DNA of 64,000 nucleotides, from the NCBI GenBank assembly GCA_965247895.1, contig OZ252046.1:3319155-3383154 (forward strand), written 5' to 3'. The notes under the pieces were generated by a model. The model was given only the letters and a program-made list of their open reading frames with translations, did no database searches and was not told the DNA's origin. Made by a program: the position numbers and the translations under genes. This DNA is from Dehalococcoidia bacterium. Lineage in GTDB: Bacteria > Chloroflexota > Dehalococcoidia > UBA2979. Shown here one piece after another: positions 48,680 to 58,587 of this stretch; the stretch's first letter is position 1, and each line of letters begins with the position of its first letter.

Positions 48680-49656
48680 GCGAACCAGGCCCGGGTCTCT
48701 TCGACGTCGCGGCGGATCTGCGCGATCAGCGCCTCGGGACCGTCGAATTTCTGCTCCGGGCGCAGGCGGTGCAGCAACTCCACCGAGGCGATCCGGTCGT
48801 AGAGGTCGCCCTCGAAGTCCAGCAGGTGCGTCTCCACCGAACGCCGCACCCCGTCGAAGGTGGGGCGCACGCCGATGTTCGTGCAGCTCTCGAGACTGCG
48901 GCCGCCGACCTCGGTGCGCGAGGCGTAGACGCCGTCGGCGGGAAGCGCGAGGTCGGGGCTGAGGCCGAGGTTGATCGTCGGGAAGCCGATCGTGCGGCCG
49001 CGCTCGTCGCCGTGAACGATCGGGCCGCGCAGCGCGAACGGGCGGCCCAGCAGGTCTTCCGCCTCCGCCATCAATCCGGCCGCCAGCGCTTCACGCACGC
49101 GCGTCGAGGAGACCGGCGCGCCGTCCTCCGGCAGCAGCTCGATCGGCTGCACCTCGAAGCCGAGGTCGAGCCCGAGTTCGGCGAGGCGCTCCGGCGTGCC
49201 CTCGCGGTTGCGTCCGAGGGCGAAGTCGCGCCCGATGACGATCAGCTTCAGCTCGGTCTCCTCGACGAGGATGCGCGCGAAGTCCTCGGCGGAGACCTGC
49301 GCGAGCTCGGAGGTGAACTGCACGACCGCGACGAAGTCGACGCCCGTGGTGCGGAGTTGTTCGACGCGCGTTTCGAGGGAGGTGAGGTAGGAGATCTCGA
49401 TGTCGGGGCGGAGCACGGTGATCGGGTGCGGGTGGAAGGTGACGATGCCGGCGCCGAGCTGGCGGGCGGCGGCCTCCGCGCGCAGACGCTCGACGAGCAT
49501 CCGGTGGCCTCGGTGGACCCCGTCGAAGACGCCAAGCGTCAGGGCGTGCGCACCCGGCGTGACAGCGCGGCGCAGTTCCTCGCGAATGAGTAGCACGTGG
49601 TGGACTGGCCCCCTCATGGCCGCCGTCGGCGCGACCGCGAGTGTCGATCGTAGCAC
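48676..49656 (-). CDS. ribF: bifunctional riboflavin kinase / FAD synthetase
   Basis: GVFDGVHRGH and the flavokinase C-terminal domain. The start may be the internal Met at ~49617. Confidence 0.85.
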   Translation of the reverse strand: MLRSTLAVAPTAAMRGPVHHVLLIREELRRAVTPGAHALTLGVFDGVHRGHRMLVERLRAEAAARQLGAGIVTFHPHPITVLRPDIEISYLTSLETRVEQLRTTGVDFVAVVQFTSELAQVSAEDFARILVEETELKLIVIGRDFALGRNREGTPERLAELGLDLGFEVQPIELLPEDGAPVSSTRVREALAAGLMAEAEDLLGRPFALRGPIVHGDERGRTIGFPTINLGLSPDLALPADGVYASRTEVGGRSLESCTNIGVRPTFDGVRRSVETHLLDFEGDLYDRIASVELLHRLRPEQKFDGPEALIAQIRRDVEETRAWFA

Positions 49657-49697
49657 CGGCCGGATCGCAGCTTCAAACGGCAGGGCCCGGCGCGCCC

Positions 49698-49766
49698 CTA
49701 TCCGTCGCCGGGTTCCTCCGTCACGGGCAGCGCGGGCTGCGGCGAGGCGCCCTCGATGCGCGCGAG
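49698..49766. repeat. ~69-bp direct repeat, copy 1 (orphan duplicate of the scpA 3' end)
   Basis: ctatccgtcgccgggttcctccgTcacgggcagcgcgggctgcggcgaggcgccctcgatgcgcgcgag matches 51114..51182 with 1 mismatch. The minus strand encodes ...[21 protein letters not shown]. Confidence 0.7.
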
Positions 49767-49779
49767 CGAGCGTCGCCTG

Positions 49780-50448
49780 CTATCCGTACCTATGGGCCAG
49801 GGCATAGGCCAGCCGGTCAGCCAGTGGGTGCTCATCGATCCTGCGCAGTTGGTCAACGAGTTCAGGCCGCGACTGCGGCAAAACGCCAGCATCGCTCAGG
49901 GCTGCGCGGGCGAGGTGCGTCAGCATCGAGACACTGAGTTCGGCGGCGGCGTCATGATCGCCGGCCGTCCGCATCTCGTCGTAGAGGCGTTGTGTCCTGT
50001 TCGCGCGCTCCCGTGCTTCGGTCGCCGACGGCAACACGAGTCGGTGGTTCCAGTTAGCCCGAAGTAGCGACCACCAGCCATTGCGCTCGAACAGCACCCG
50101 ACCGTAGCGCACCGTCCAGGAGAGGTAATCGTGACCGGCCTTGAGCTTTCGCGCGACGCCGGCCTGCTCGTACTGCCGCAGGTCTACATCGATCGGCGGC
50201 CGCGGCAGGCCGGGCCGACGTCCCCAGTACACCAGCACGATGTCGAGGTCGTCGCTGTGGTCGACGGCGCGGATGGCTGAGCCGGAGACGACGATCGCCT
50301 GAACCGCCAAGTTTCGGCTGGCGCCCGCCAGGGCGTCGAGCGTCCACGCTCGTGCGCCAGTGCTCGGCCACGACCGTACAGCAGTGAGCACGTCGCCCAG
50401 CGCTTGCGGTGGGCATGCTGACCGATCCGTCGTTTGCCGCTGCGTCAT
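49780..50448 (-). CDS. nucleotidyltransferase (Pol-beta superfamily) protein, possibly with a fused HEPN-like C-terminal half
   Basis: GS-x9-13-DxD nucleotidyltransferase motif (VVSGSAIRAVDHSDDLDIVLV). The C-terminal half contains RTAGDH, which fits the HEPN Rx4H pattern. Confidence 0.55.
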   Translation of the reverse strand: MTQRQTTDRSACPPQALGDVLTAVRSWPSTGARAWTLDALAGASRNLAVQAIVVSGSAIRAVDHSDDLDIVLVYWGRRPGLPRPPIDVDLRQYEQAGVARKLKAGHDYLSWTVRYGRVLFERNGWWSLLRANWNHRLVLPSATEARERANRTQRLYDEMRTAGDHDAAAELSVSMLTHLARAALSDAGVLPQSRPELVDQLRRIDEHPLADRLAYALAHRYG

Positions 50449-50636
50449 TCTGCGAGTAACGTTCCCACGGAGTCGACGTACTCCTCGATCGCGGCGGCAG
50501 TCTCCTCCGGACTCAGGTTCTCGGGGGGATAGATATCTCCGTATGCCTCGTGCTTGCGCGTCTCGTTCAGGTCGACAAGCAGGCCGTCTATGTATGGCAA
50601 GCCGTGCCCCTCGCTGAGGAGTTCGGCCATCTCCAC
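50445..50636 (-). CDS. small ORF (63 aa) translationally coupled upstream of the nucleotidyltransferase gene
   Basis: ATGA-type overlap with the downstream gene and acidic composition. Possible antitoxin or partner protein. Confidence 0.3.
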   Translation of the reverse strand: MEMAELLSEGHGLPYIDGLLVDLNETRKHEAYGDIYPPENLSPEETAAAIEEYVDSVGTLLAE

Positions 50637-50666
50637 CTTGGCGTGGTGGGAGAGTGTAGCAGGGAA

Positions 50667-50701
50667 CCGTTGAGGCGCATGATGCCGATGCGCCTCAACG
50701 G
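50667..50701. promoter_or_regulatory. perfect 12-bp inverted repeat (CCGTTGAGGCGC-N11-GCGCCTCAACGG) just upstream of the small-ORF/NTase pair; candidate operator
   Basis: Seen directly in the sequence, about 30 nt upstream of the 50636 start codon on the minus strand. Confidence 0.35.
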
Positions 50702-51113
50702 TCGTCGCACTTCTGGGCAGGCCCCAGACTCACGGTCACCGTACCGAGGCCCCGTCATGCTCGCGTCGCCGATGACGCCGCCAGAAGTCTTCTGCGCTCG
50801 GACCAGATCGCTGCCCGGCGACTCGCGCCCGCCTGCGGCAGTGTCCGGCCCAGCATCGAATAGCAGGTGGTGGGTGGCGCGAGACGAGGCTATCGGGTCG
50901 GGTTGCTCGTGGCTGGCGACGCACACCTTGGCCTGCCCCCACAGGCGGTTGCTCGCTGAGGGCTTTTCGGACACCGAGACCGAGCGGCGTCTCGGTAGGA
51001 CGCGCCGGGCGTGCAGTCGCTTCAAGCTGCCGCGGGAGGTCGAAGAACTTGAGGCTCGCCCTGTTCGAACTCAGGGCGCCGGAGGTCGCTGCAGCGTTCG
51101 CTCGCAGCCCTCG

Positions 51114-51182
51114 CTATCCGTCGCCGGGTTCCTCCGCCACGGGCAGCGCGGGCTGCGGCGAGGCGCCCTCGATGCGCGCGAG
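51114..51182. repeat. ~69-bp direct repeat, copy 2 (true scpA 3' end)
   Basis: See copy 1 at 49698..49766. Confidence 0.7.
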
Positions 51183-51974
51183 GGTGATCTCGCCGAAGGC
51201 GCCGTCCTGGCGCGCCTCCAGGTAGCCGCGGCGGACCAGATCCAGCACCGCGAGGAAGTCCACGATCACGACCAGCCGCGAGGTGGCCGCGCCGATCAGC
51301 TCGCGGAAGGAGACCGTGCGTTCCCGCTCGAGGCGCGCCATGAGCAGGGAGACGCGATCGCGCAGCAGCACGGGCTCGCGCGCCAGCTCCGGCTGCGGCT
51401 CCTCCGCGGGGAGCCGTTCCAGCACCTCGCGGAACAGCGTGTAGAGCTGGTCGGTGTTGACGCCGTCGAGCCCGCTCGCCGGCGGCAGCTCCGGCGGTGC
51501 GGCCTCGCGGCGGTAGGCGCTGCGGTGCTCGTCCTCCAGATCGCGCAGGTGCTGGGCGGCGCGGCGGTAGCGGCGGTACTCGACGAGCGCGTCGAGCAGC
51601 GCCTGCGGGTCGCGATCGTCCGCATCGTCGTCGCGGTCCTCGGGCTCGGGCGGGAGCAGGGCGCGCGACTTGAGCAGCAGCAGCCGCGCACCCGTGGAGA
51701 TGAACGCGGCGAGCGCGCCGAGGTCGATGTGGTCGCCGGTGCGCACGTGGGCCAGGTACTGCTCCGCGACGGTGACGAGCGAGACCTCGGTGATGTCGAG
51801 CTCGCGCCGCTCGATCAGGTGCAGGAGCAGTTCGAGTGGACCCTGGAACTTCGGCAGATCGAGGGCGAACGCGTCCTCCTCCTGCACCTCGGTCGCCTCC
51901 GAGGGAGCGTCCGTGGCGGAGGCGGGCGGCGCCTGGCCTTCGGCGGGATCGTCGGCGCGGTGAGGTGCGGTCAT
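51114..51974 (-). CDS. scpA: segregation and condensation protein A
   Basis: [39 protein letters not shown] plus a C-terminal winged helix. Start at internal Met 51974 of the 673-aa ORF 51114..53135. Confidence 0.75.
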   Translation of the reverse strand: MTAPHRADDPAEGQAPPASATDAPSEATEVQEEDAFALDLPKFQGPLELLLHLIERRELDITEVSLVTVAEQYLAHVRTGDHIDLGALAAFISTGARLLLLKSRALLPPEPEDRDDDADDRDPQALLDALVEYRRYRRAAQHLRDLEDEHRSAYRREAAPPELPPASGLDGVNTDQLYTLFREVLERLPAEEPQPELAREPVLLRDRVSLLMARLERERTVSFRELIGAATSRLVVIVDFLAVLDLVRRGYLEARQDGAFGEITLARIEGASPQPALPVAEEPGDG

Positions 51975-51988
51975 CGGGCTCGCCGGGC

Positions 51989-53029
51989 TCAGGCCACGAC
52001 CCGCGGGCGCTCGGCGAGCGGGCGGCCGATCGCGCGGGCGAGCGCCGAGGCCTCCTGCATCAGCTCGTCGAAGTGCTCCGGGGTGAGCGACTGCGCGCCG
52101 TCCGAGAGCGCCTGGTCCGGGTCCGGGTGCACCTCGATCATCAGTCCGTCCGCGCCGACCGCCAGGCCGGCGGCCGCCATCGGCCGCACCAGGTACCAGT
52201 GCCCCGTCCCGTGCGAGGGGTCGACGATCACGGGCAGGTGGCTGAGCCGCTTCACGAGCGCGACGGCGTTGAGGTCGAGCGTGTTGCGCGTCGCGGTCTC
52301 GAAGGTGCGCACGCCGCGCTCGCAGAGGATCACGTTGCGGTTGCCCTGCGTGAGCACGTACTCGGCGGAGAGCAGCCACTCCTCGATGGTGGCGGCGAGC
52401 CCGCGTTTCAGCATCACGGGCTTGCCGCTCTTGCCGGCCTCGGAGAGCAGTACGTAGTTCTGCATGTTGCGCGCGCCGATCTGCAGCACGTCCGAGTGCT
52501 CCGAGACCACATCCACGTCGCGCTCGGAGAGCAGCTCCGTGATCACGGGCATCTCGAATTCGCGGCCCGCGCTGTGCAGCATCTCGAGCCCCTCGAGGCC
52601 GAGTCCGCGGAAGGAGTAGGGCGAGGTGCGGGGCTTGAAGGCTCCCCCGCGCAGGACGTGCGCGCCGGCCTGCCTGACCGCCGCCGCGGTCTCCCGCAGC
52701 TGCTCCTCCGATTCGATCGCACACGGGCCCGCCATCACCACCGGTCGCCCGGCGCCGACGCTGACGCCGTATCCGAGGTCGACAACGGTGTCGCTCTCGC
52801 GCACCTCGCGGCTGGCGAGCTTGTAGGGCCGTGAGACGCGCAGCACCTGGTCCACGCCGTCCATCGTCGCCAGCTCGTCGAGCAGGTCGGGGAAGACCTG
52901 CCCGAGGACGGCGATGACCTTGCGCTGCTCCCCGTGAATCACGTCGCCCTGCAACCCGAAGGACTCGATGCGCTGGAGCACGCCGGCGCTCTGTTCCTCG
53001 CCGCTGTCGATGCGCATGACGACGATCAC
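51989..53029 (-). CDS. 3-deoxy-7-phosphoheptulonate (DAHP) synthase, type I-beta with N-terminal regulatory domain
   Basis: [32 protein letters not shown]. Confidence 0.85.
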   Translation of the reverse strand: MIVVMRIDSGEEQSAGVLQRIESFGLQGDVIHGEQRKVIAVLGQVFPDLLDELATMDGVDQVLRVSRPYKLASREVRESDTVVDLGYGVSVGAGRPVVMAGPCAIESEEQLRETAAAVRQAGAHVLRGGAFKPRTSPYSFRGLGLEGLEMLHSAGREFEMPVITELLSERDVDVVSEHSDVLQIGARNMQNYVLLSEAGKSGKPVMLKRGLAATIEEWLLSAEYVLTQGNRNVILCERGVRTFETATRNTLDLNAVALVKRLSHLPVIVDPSHGTGHWYLVRPMAAAGLAVGADGLMIEVHPDPDQALSDGAQSLTPEHFDELMQEASALARAIGRPLAERPRVVA

Positions 53030-53427
53030 GCGGCGCCACCCTCCGTACCGGCCGTCCCACCAGCGGTCCCGGCGATGTCGGGACGCAGCGCGGTGGCTTC
53101 GTGCAGGTAGATGTGCTGGATCTCATCGGGACCACGGTCCGTGTTGACGTGCATCAGCAGCCGCAGGCAGCGCGGCAGCCCGCCGGGTACGGCCATCTCG
53201 TGCCCGCACAGCAGCGGCACGTCGACCCAGCCGACCTCACGCGCGGCGACGGCGGGGAACTCGGCGTTGAGGTCCTGCGTCGTCGTGAAGAAGACCGAGG
53301 CGATGTGCGAGCGCTCGACGTCGTTCGCCTCGACGACGGCGTGCAGCAGCTCCCTGGCCGCCTCAAGGATCGCCTCGCGCGTGTTCGCGCTCACGGACGT
53401 GGCGCCCCGGATGCCGCGAACCATCAT
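53026..53427 (-). CDS. aroH: chorismate mutase, AroH class
   Basis: VRGIRGATSV...ASVFFTTTQDLNAEFPAVAAR. Confidence 0.8.
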   Translation of the reverse strand: MMVRGIRGATSVSANTREAILEAARELLHAVVEANDVERSHIASVFFTTTQDLNAEFPAVAAREVGWVDVPLLCGHEMAVPGGLPRCLRLLMHVNTDRGPDEIQHIYLHEATALRPDIAGTAGGTAGTEGGAA

Positions 53428-54236
53428 GATGCCGCTGCCTCCGCTACCCGGCCGCTCAGCCGCTCCATCAGGCCGCGCACCGCCTCGTGACGCCGCTCGC
53501 GGGGCGCCTCCTGGATCGCTTGCACGACCGCGCTGCCGACGATCGCGGCGTCGGCGATGCGGCCGACCTCCTCGACATGCTCGCGCGCCGAGATGCCGAA
53601 GCCTACCGCGAGCGGGAGCGAGGCGCGCTCGCGCACCCGCGCGATGAACGCTGGCAGGTCCTCCGGCAGCTGCGCGCGCGCTCCCGTTACGCCGGTCACG
53701 CTCACGCAGTAGACGAAGCCGCTGCCGCGCTCGCCGACCGCCGCGATGCGCTCCGCGGTGGAGGTCGGCGCGAGCAGGTAGACGAGATGCACGCCGTTCG
53801 CCCTCGCGGGCTCCGCCAGCTCGTCCGCCTCCTCGACGGGCAGGTCGACGACGATCAGGCCGTCGACTCCGGCTTCCGCGGCCGCCCGCGCGAACGACTC
53901 CGTCCCCGGAGCGAGCATCGGGTTGAAGTATCCCATCAGCAGCAGCGGCGCGGAGACGCCGTCCTCGCGCAGCGTGCGGACACTCGCGAGCACGTCGTCC
54001 TGCGTCACGCCGGCGTCGAGCGCCTGCTGGTAGGCGGCCTGGTTGGTGACGCCGTCGGCGAGCGGGTCGCTGAAGGGCACGCCCAGCTCGACGGCGTCCG
54101 CGCCGCCCTCGAGCAGCGCGCGCACGATTCCCGGCGTCGCGTCCGGCTCCGGCCAGCCGCCGGGCACGAAGGCGATCAGCGCCGGGCGGCCCTCGGCCCG
54201 CGTGCGCTCGAACAACTGCGCGATGCGATCACTCAT
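53424..54236 (-). CDS. trpA: tryptophan synthase alpha chain
   Basis: LIAFVPGGWP, ELGVPFSDPLADG, GFGIS. Confidence 0.9.
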   Translation of the reverse strand: MSDRIAQLFERTRAEGRPALIAFVPGGWPEPDATPGIVRALLEGGADAVELGVPFSDPLADGVTNQAAYQQALDAGVTQDDVLASVRTLREDGVSAPLLLMGYFNPMLAPGTESFARAAAEAGVDGLIVVDLPVEEADELAEPARANGVHLVYLLAPTSTAERIAAVGERGSGFVYCVSVTGVTGARAQLPEDLPAFIARVRERASLPLAVGFGISAREHVEEVGRIADAAIVGSAVVQAIQEAPRERRHEAVRGLMERLSGRVAEAAAS

Positions 54237-54262
54237 GGGCGGTGCTCACTCGGGGCTTCACC

Positions 54263-54979
54263 TCAATCGAGGAAGATCAGTGTAGCGGCGAATGCGACGC
54301 CGTTGACGCCGGCGTGCGCCGCGATCGTGGTCCAGAGCGAGCCGGATTCCTCGTAGGCCCACGCCCACAACGCGCCGATGGCGGCGAAGGGCACGAGCAC
54401 GGCGAGGTTCACGTGGAAGATGCCGAACAGCGCGCCGCTCAGCGCCATCGCCGGGAGCGCACGCCAGTAGCCGCGCAGCCCGCGGAACAGCAGCCCGCGG
54501 AACAGTAACTCCTCGCTCAACGGCGCCCCGATGACGGTGGCGATGGCCAGCACCACCACGAGGGCGATGCGGTCGCGGTCGAACTCGATCGTGTTGCCAC
54601 CCTTGAACGCCTCGACGGGCAGTCCGAGCGTATCGAGCAGCGCGATCGCCGCGACGTAGCAGACGAGGATCACGTAGGCGCCGGCCCAGGCGATCGCCAT
54701 CGGGCCCCAGACGCGCGGTCGCACGAAGCCGAGCTCCGCCAGCGTGATCCCGCGCCGCGCTGCGAGCAGCAGCACCGTGGCCACGAGGATCAGGTTGAAG
54801 CCGACGATCGCGGCTGCGCCCGCGGCGTTGACGCCCACGCCTCGCTCCACCGTGGTGGCGAAGAGGCCCGCAAGCACGGCGAATGCGATGACGACGACGG
54901 CAAGGGCGGAGACCATGTCGCGCACGCGCCACAGCGGCGGAAGCGTCGCGATCCCCGGTTCGGCACGATCAGCGATCAC
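54263..54979 (-). CDS. CPBP-family (CAAX-protease-like) intramembrane metalloprotease
   Basis: SEELLFRG and FGIFH motifs; multiple TM helices. Confidence 0.75.
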   Translation of the reverse strand: MIADRAEPGIATLPPLWRVRDMVSALAVVVIAFAVLAGLFATTVERGVGVNAAGAAAIVGFNLILVATVLLLAARRGITLAELGFVRPRVWGPMAIAWAGAYVILVCYVAAIALLDTLGLPVEAFKGGNTIEFDRDRIALVVVLAIATVIGAPLSEELLFRGLLFRGLRGYWRALPAMALSGALFGIFHVNLAVLVPFAAIGALWAWAYEESGSLWTTIAAHAGVNGVAFAATLIFLD

Positions 54980-55031
54980 GTTGCGAGCGTAACAGGCGGC
55001 CTGCGCTGCCGCACCGCTGCCTGCGGTGAGC

Positions 55032-56246
55032 CTAGAGCGTGACGCCGAGCGCGTCGGCGACCGTGCCCATGTCCTTGTCGCCGCGCCCGCTGAGGTTGAC
55101 GAGCACCAGCTCGTCCTCGCCCAGAGCGGGGAGCAGCTTCGCGAGGTAGGCGAGCGCGTGCGCCGGCTCCAGCGCGGGGATGATGCCCTCGGTCTCGCTC
55201 AGCTGCCGGAAGGCAACCAGCGCCTCCTGGTCGGTGACGGAGACGTACTCGGCGCGCTCGCTGACCTTCAGCCAGGAGTGCTCCGGTCCGACGCCGGGGT
55301 AGTCGAGGCCGGCCGAGATCGAGTGCGCCTCGGTGACCTGTCCGTGCGCGTCCTGCAGCAGGTAGGAGCGCGAGCCGTGCAGCACGCCGGGCGTGCCCGC
55401 CGCCAGCGGGGCCGCGTGCCGCCCCTCCAGGCCCTCGCCCGCGGCCTCGACGCCGATCAGGCGCACGGGGTCGTCGATGAAGGCGTGGAAGAGCCCGATC
55501 GCGTTCGAGCCGCCGCCGACGCAGGCGAGCGCGATCGAGGGCAGCCGCCCCTCGGCCTCCAGCACCTGCGCGCGCGCTTCATGGCCGATCACGGCCTGGA
55601 AGTCGCGGACGAGCAGCGGGTAGGGGTGCGGCCCCACGACCGAGCCGAGCAGGTAGTGCGTGTTGCGCACGTTCGTGACCCAGTCGCGGATCGCCTCGTT
55701 GATCGCGTCCTTGAGCGTGCGCGAGCCGGAGTCGACGGTGCGCACCTCGGCGCCGAGCAGCTTCATGCGGAAGACGTTGAGCGCCTGTCGCCGCACGTCC
55801 TCCGCGCCCATGTAGACGACGCACTCGAGGCCGAGCAGCGCGCAGGCGGTGGCCGTCGCGACGCCGTGCTGCCCGGCCCCGGTCTCGGCGACGATGCGCG
55901 GCTTGCCCATGCGCTGTGCGAGCAGGCCCTGGGCCAGCGCGGCGTTGATCTTGTGCGCGCCGGTGTGGGTCAGGTCCTCGCGCTTGAGGTACACGCGAGG
56001 CGCGCGATCGCCCGCGATCCGCCGCGCGAGGCGGTCCGCGCGCGTGATCGGCGTGGGCCGGCCTACGAAGTCACGCAGCAGCCGCTCGAGCTCCTCGCGG
56101 AAGGCCTCGTCCTCGCGGGCGGTGGCGTAGGCCTCCTCCAGCTCGCTGAGCGCGGGCATCAGCGTCTCCGGCACGTAGCGCCCGCCGAAGGCGCCGAAGT
56201 AGCCGCGCTCGTCGGGCAGGGCGGAGCGGCCCACGGTGGTGGTCAT
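55032..56246 (-). CDS. trpB: tryptophan synthase beta chain
   Basis: HTGAHKINA (PLP lysine) and GGGSNA. Start at internal Met (MTTTVGRS...) of ORF 55032..56318. Confidence 0.9.
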   Translation of the reverse strand: MTTTVGRSALPDERGYFGAFGGRYVPETLMPALSELEEAYATAREDEAFREELERLLRDFVGRPTPITRADRLARRIAGDRAPRVYLKREDLTHTGAHKINAALAQGLLAQRMGKPRIVAETGAGQHGVATATACALLGLECVVYMGAEDVRRQALNVFRMKLLGAEVRTVDSGSRTLKDAINEAIRDWVTNVRNTHYLLGSVVGPHPYPLLVRDFQAVIGHEARAQVLEAEGRLPSIALACVGGGSNAIGLFHAFIDDPVRLIGVEAAGEGLEGRHAAPLAAGTPGVLHGSRSYLLQDAHGQVTEAHSISAGLDYPGVGPEHSWLKVSERAEYVSVTDQEALVAFRQLSETEGIIPALEPAHALAYLAKLLPALGEDELVLVNLSGRGDKDMGTVADALGVTL

Positions 56247-56409
56247 GCTGCTGCCCGGGTTTGACGATCGGCGAGGGCCGCCGGCTCGATCACTGTCCGG
56301 AGCGTCTCCACGTGGCACCCTCTTCGCCGCGCGCGGTGTCTGTCGATGATAGCGCCGCCTCGGCTCAGCGGCTGTGGGGGTGCAGGGAGCTTCGGTGGTG
56401 GGCTGGCGG

Positions 56410-58587
56410 CTACTCGAAGCCGGGGTGGGCTGCCAGCACGGCCCTGTCCGGCTCGGGCGGCCGCTCCAGCGGCAGACCGATGGTCATCTCGGTGAACTCA
56501 CCCGGCTCCGACTCGACACGGATCGATCCTCCGTGGCGACGCACGATGTCGGCGGAGATCGCGAGCCCGAGGCCCGTGCCCTGGTCCGTCGGCTTGGTCG
56601 TGAAGAAGGGGTTGAAGATCTTCTCGATGACGTCGTCCGGGATGCCGGAGCCGTTGTCCCGGATGCGGATCTGGACCTCGTCGTCCTCCCGCCGCGTGAT
56701 CAGCGTGAGCATTGGGTGGTACTGTCCGCCTCCCGCTGCGCTGGCGAGGCGCCTCTCGTTGGTCGCGTGACAGGCGTTGCTGACCATATTGAGGAAGACG
56801 CGTCCCAGATCCTGCGGGATGACCTCGAGCTCTCCCGTCTCCGGGCCGAATTCCCGCTGGATATCGAGCTGGAAGTCGGGGTTGGTGGCGCGGGCGCTGT
56901 GGTAGGCGAGCAGCGCGTGCTGATCCACCAGCGCGTTGATGTCCATGGACTGCCACTCCTGCGAGCCACGACCCATGCTCAGCATGTCCTGCACGATCCG
57001 GTTCGCGCGCTCGCCGTGGGAGCTGATGCGCTCGACGTTGCTGGTCAGATCGCCGGTGATGTCGTCGACGAGGTCGCGCTGCTCGTCCGTGAGTTCCACG
57101 CCCTCCTCTTCGAGGATCTCCTTCAGTTCTTCCACCAGCTCGCCCGAGGCCTCGGAGAAGTTCTTCACGAAGTTCAGCGGGTTGCGGATCTCGTGGGCCA
57201 CCCCTGCCGTGAGTTCACCGAGCGCGGCCAGCTTCTCGCGCATGACGATCTGGTCTTGCGCCTGTTGCAGCTGGGCCAGCACGTCCTCGAGTTCGTCGTT
57301 CTTGCCCTGGAGTTCCTCCGCGAGCTCCTCGACGAGGTTGAGGCGCTGCACTTCCAGGGCGTGACGCCGGAACACGTCGAGGGCGGCGGCCATCTCCGCG
57401 ACCTCGTCACGTCCGCCGATGTCGGCCCGGATCTCCAGGTCGCCCTGGGCCATGTTGCGCATCCACTCGGAGAGCATCCCGATGCGCCGCAGCAGCACCC
57501 GTCCGATGAACAGCCAGGTGATCAGCAGCGCGCCCGTGATGCTGATCGCGAGGATGGCGAGCAGCAGCACGCGGCCCGTGAAGATCGCCTGGGTGGATGC
57601 CTGCGTGGCTTCCTCGGTGCTCGCCTGGGCCGCGCTGACCAGGCCGTTCACCTCCGCAACCAGCTCAACGGAGAGATCGCGATTGAGGTCGAGCAGCTCC
57701 GCCTGGCGTTCGGCGATCCGCAGTTCCGCGGCGAACAGATCGAACACAGTGTCCTCGCCCGAGCCGAGCGCGAAGAGACGCGCGAAGACCGGTGCCGCTT
57801 CGGCGTGGAAGGGAGAACCGACCAGCGCCGACAGGTTCCTGTCGACACGGCTGACCGTGGATTCGAAGCGCTCCCGCAGCGGCTCGATCAGCGACGCGTC
57901 GGGCAGGGTGAAGGCGTTGGCCAGGAGCTCGGTCGCGATGTTCACGTCCGCCTGCAACTCGGCGAGCCGCCGGTAGCGGACGAACTGGTCCTCGGAGAGA
58001 TGCTCCTCGCGCGGCGCCGGGGCCGCCGTGAGGCTGCGATACCCGGTCAGTGCGAAGAAGAGCTGGTCGTCGATGGCGGGGGCCAGGGCGTCGTCCAGGC
58101 TGGCCCGCACCTCCGTGAGTTCCAGTTGCAGCGCTTCCCGGCGCGTGGTCAGTTCGAACACGCCGGATGTCTCGCGCTCGAGAGCCTCGATGTTCGCGAT
58201 GATCGTGTCGGGGCGCTCGCGGATGCGCAGGACGCGCTCCTGCTCGCTGTCGCCCTGCTCCAGGGTTGCCATCTGCTGCTCGAACGAGACGTAAGCCTGG
58301 TCGATGTCGAGGACGACCTGGTCGAACTCTTCCGGACTGGCTGCGACGGTGAGGTTGGGAGCCGCGGCGACCAGGTTGCCGCTGTACTGGGCGACGCCGA
58401 ACGCGGCCGCCAGTTCCGGCACGCTGCCCTCGTTGACCTGGCTCTGGACGGCCCCCACCTGGTTGAACGAGAACCAGCCGACCAGACTGGCGGCGAGGGT
58501 GAGGAGGACCGCGCCGCCTATCGCCAGGTACAGCTGGGTCGAGATCCGGAAGCGGCTTTCGAGCAGGCGCTTCAGTTTGTCGACCAT
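56410..58587 (-). CDS. sensor histidine kinase (N-terminal TM, large extracytoplasmic/coiled-coil region, second TM, HAMP, HisKA, HATPase_c)
   Basis: H-box [12 protein letters not shown]-box [11 protein letters not shown]-boxes DNGSGIP and GTGLGLAI. Confidence 0.85.
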   Translation of the reverse strand: MVDKLKRLLESRFRISTQLYLAIGGAVLLTLAASLVGWFSFNQVGAVQSQVNEGSVPELAAAFGVAQYSGNLVAAAPNLTVAASPEEFDQVVLDIDQAYVSFEQQMATLEQGDSEQERVLRIRERPDTIIANIEALERETSGVFELTTRREALQLELTEVRASLDDALAPAIDDQLFFALTGYRSLTAAPAPREEHLSEDQFVRYRRLAELQADVNIATELLANAFTLPDASLIEPLRERFESTVSRVDRNLSALVGSPFHAEAAPVFARLFALGSGEDTVFDLFAAELRIAERQAELLDLNRDLSVELVAEVNGLVSAAQASTEEATQASTQAIFTGRVLLLAILAISITGALLITWLFIGRVLLRRIGMLSEWMRNMAQGDLEIRADIGGRDEVAEMAAALDVFRRHALEVQRLNLVEELAEELQGKNDELEDVLAQLQQAQDQIVMREKLAALGELTAGVAHEIRNPLNFVKNFSEASGELVEELKEILEEEGVELTDEQRDLVDDITGDLTSNVERISSHGERANRIVQDMLSMGRGSQEWQSMDINALVDQHALLAYHSARATNPDFQLDIQREFGPETGELEVIPQDLGRVFLNMVSNACHATNERRLASAAGGGQYHPMLTLITRREDDEVQIRIRDNGSGIPDDVIEKIFNPFFTTKPTDQGTGLGLAISADIVRRHGGSIRVESEPGEFTEMTIGLPLERPPEPDRAVLAAHPGFE

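Noticed and set aside
51114-51974. Initial call as ScpB
   Set aside because: The [26 protein letters not shown] motif and C-terminal winged helix are ScpA hallmarks. No ScpB-like tandem winged-helix gene is present downstream.
51114-53135. Single 673-aa ORF suggesting one large protein
   Set aside because: Its N-terminal ~385 aa is Arg-rich out-of-frame overlap with the DAHP synthase gene (a separate ORF, 51989..53029). The genuine ScpA begins at an internal Met (51974).
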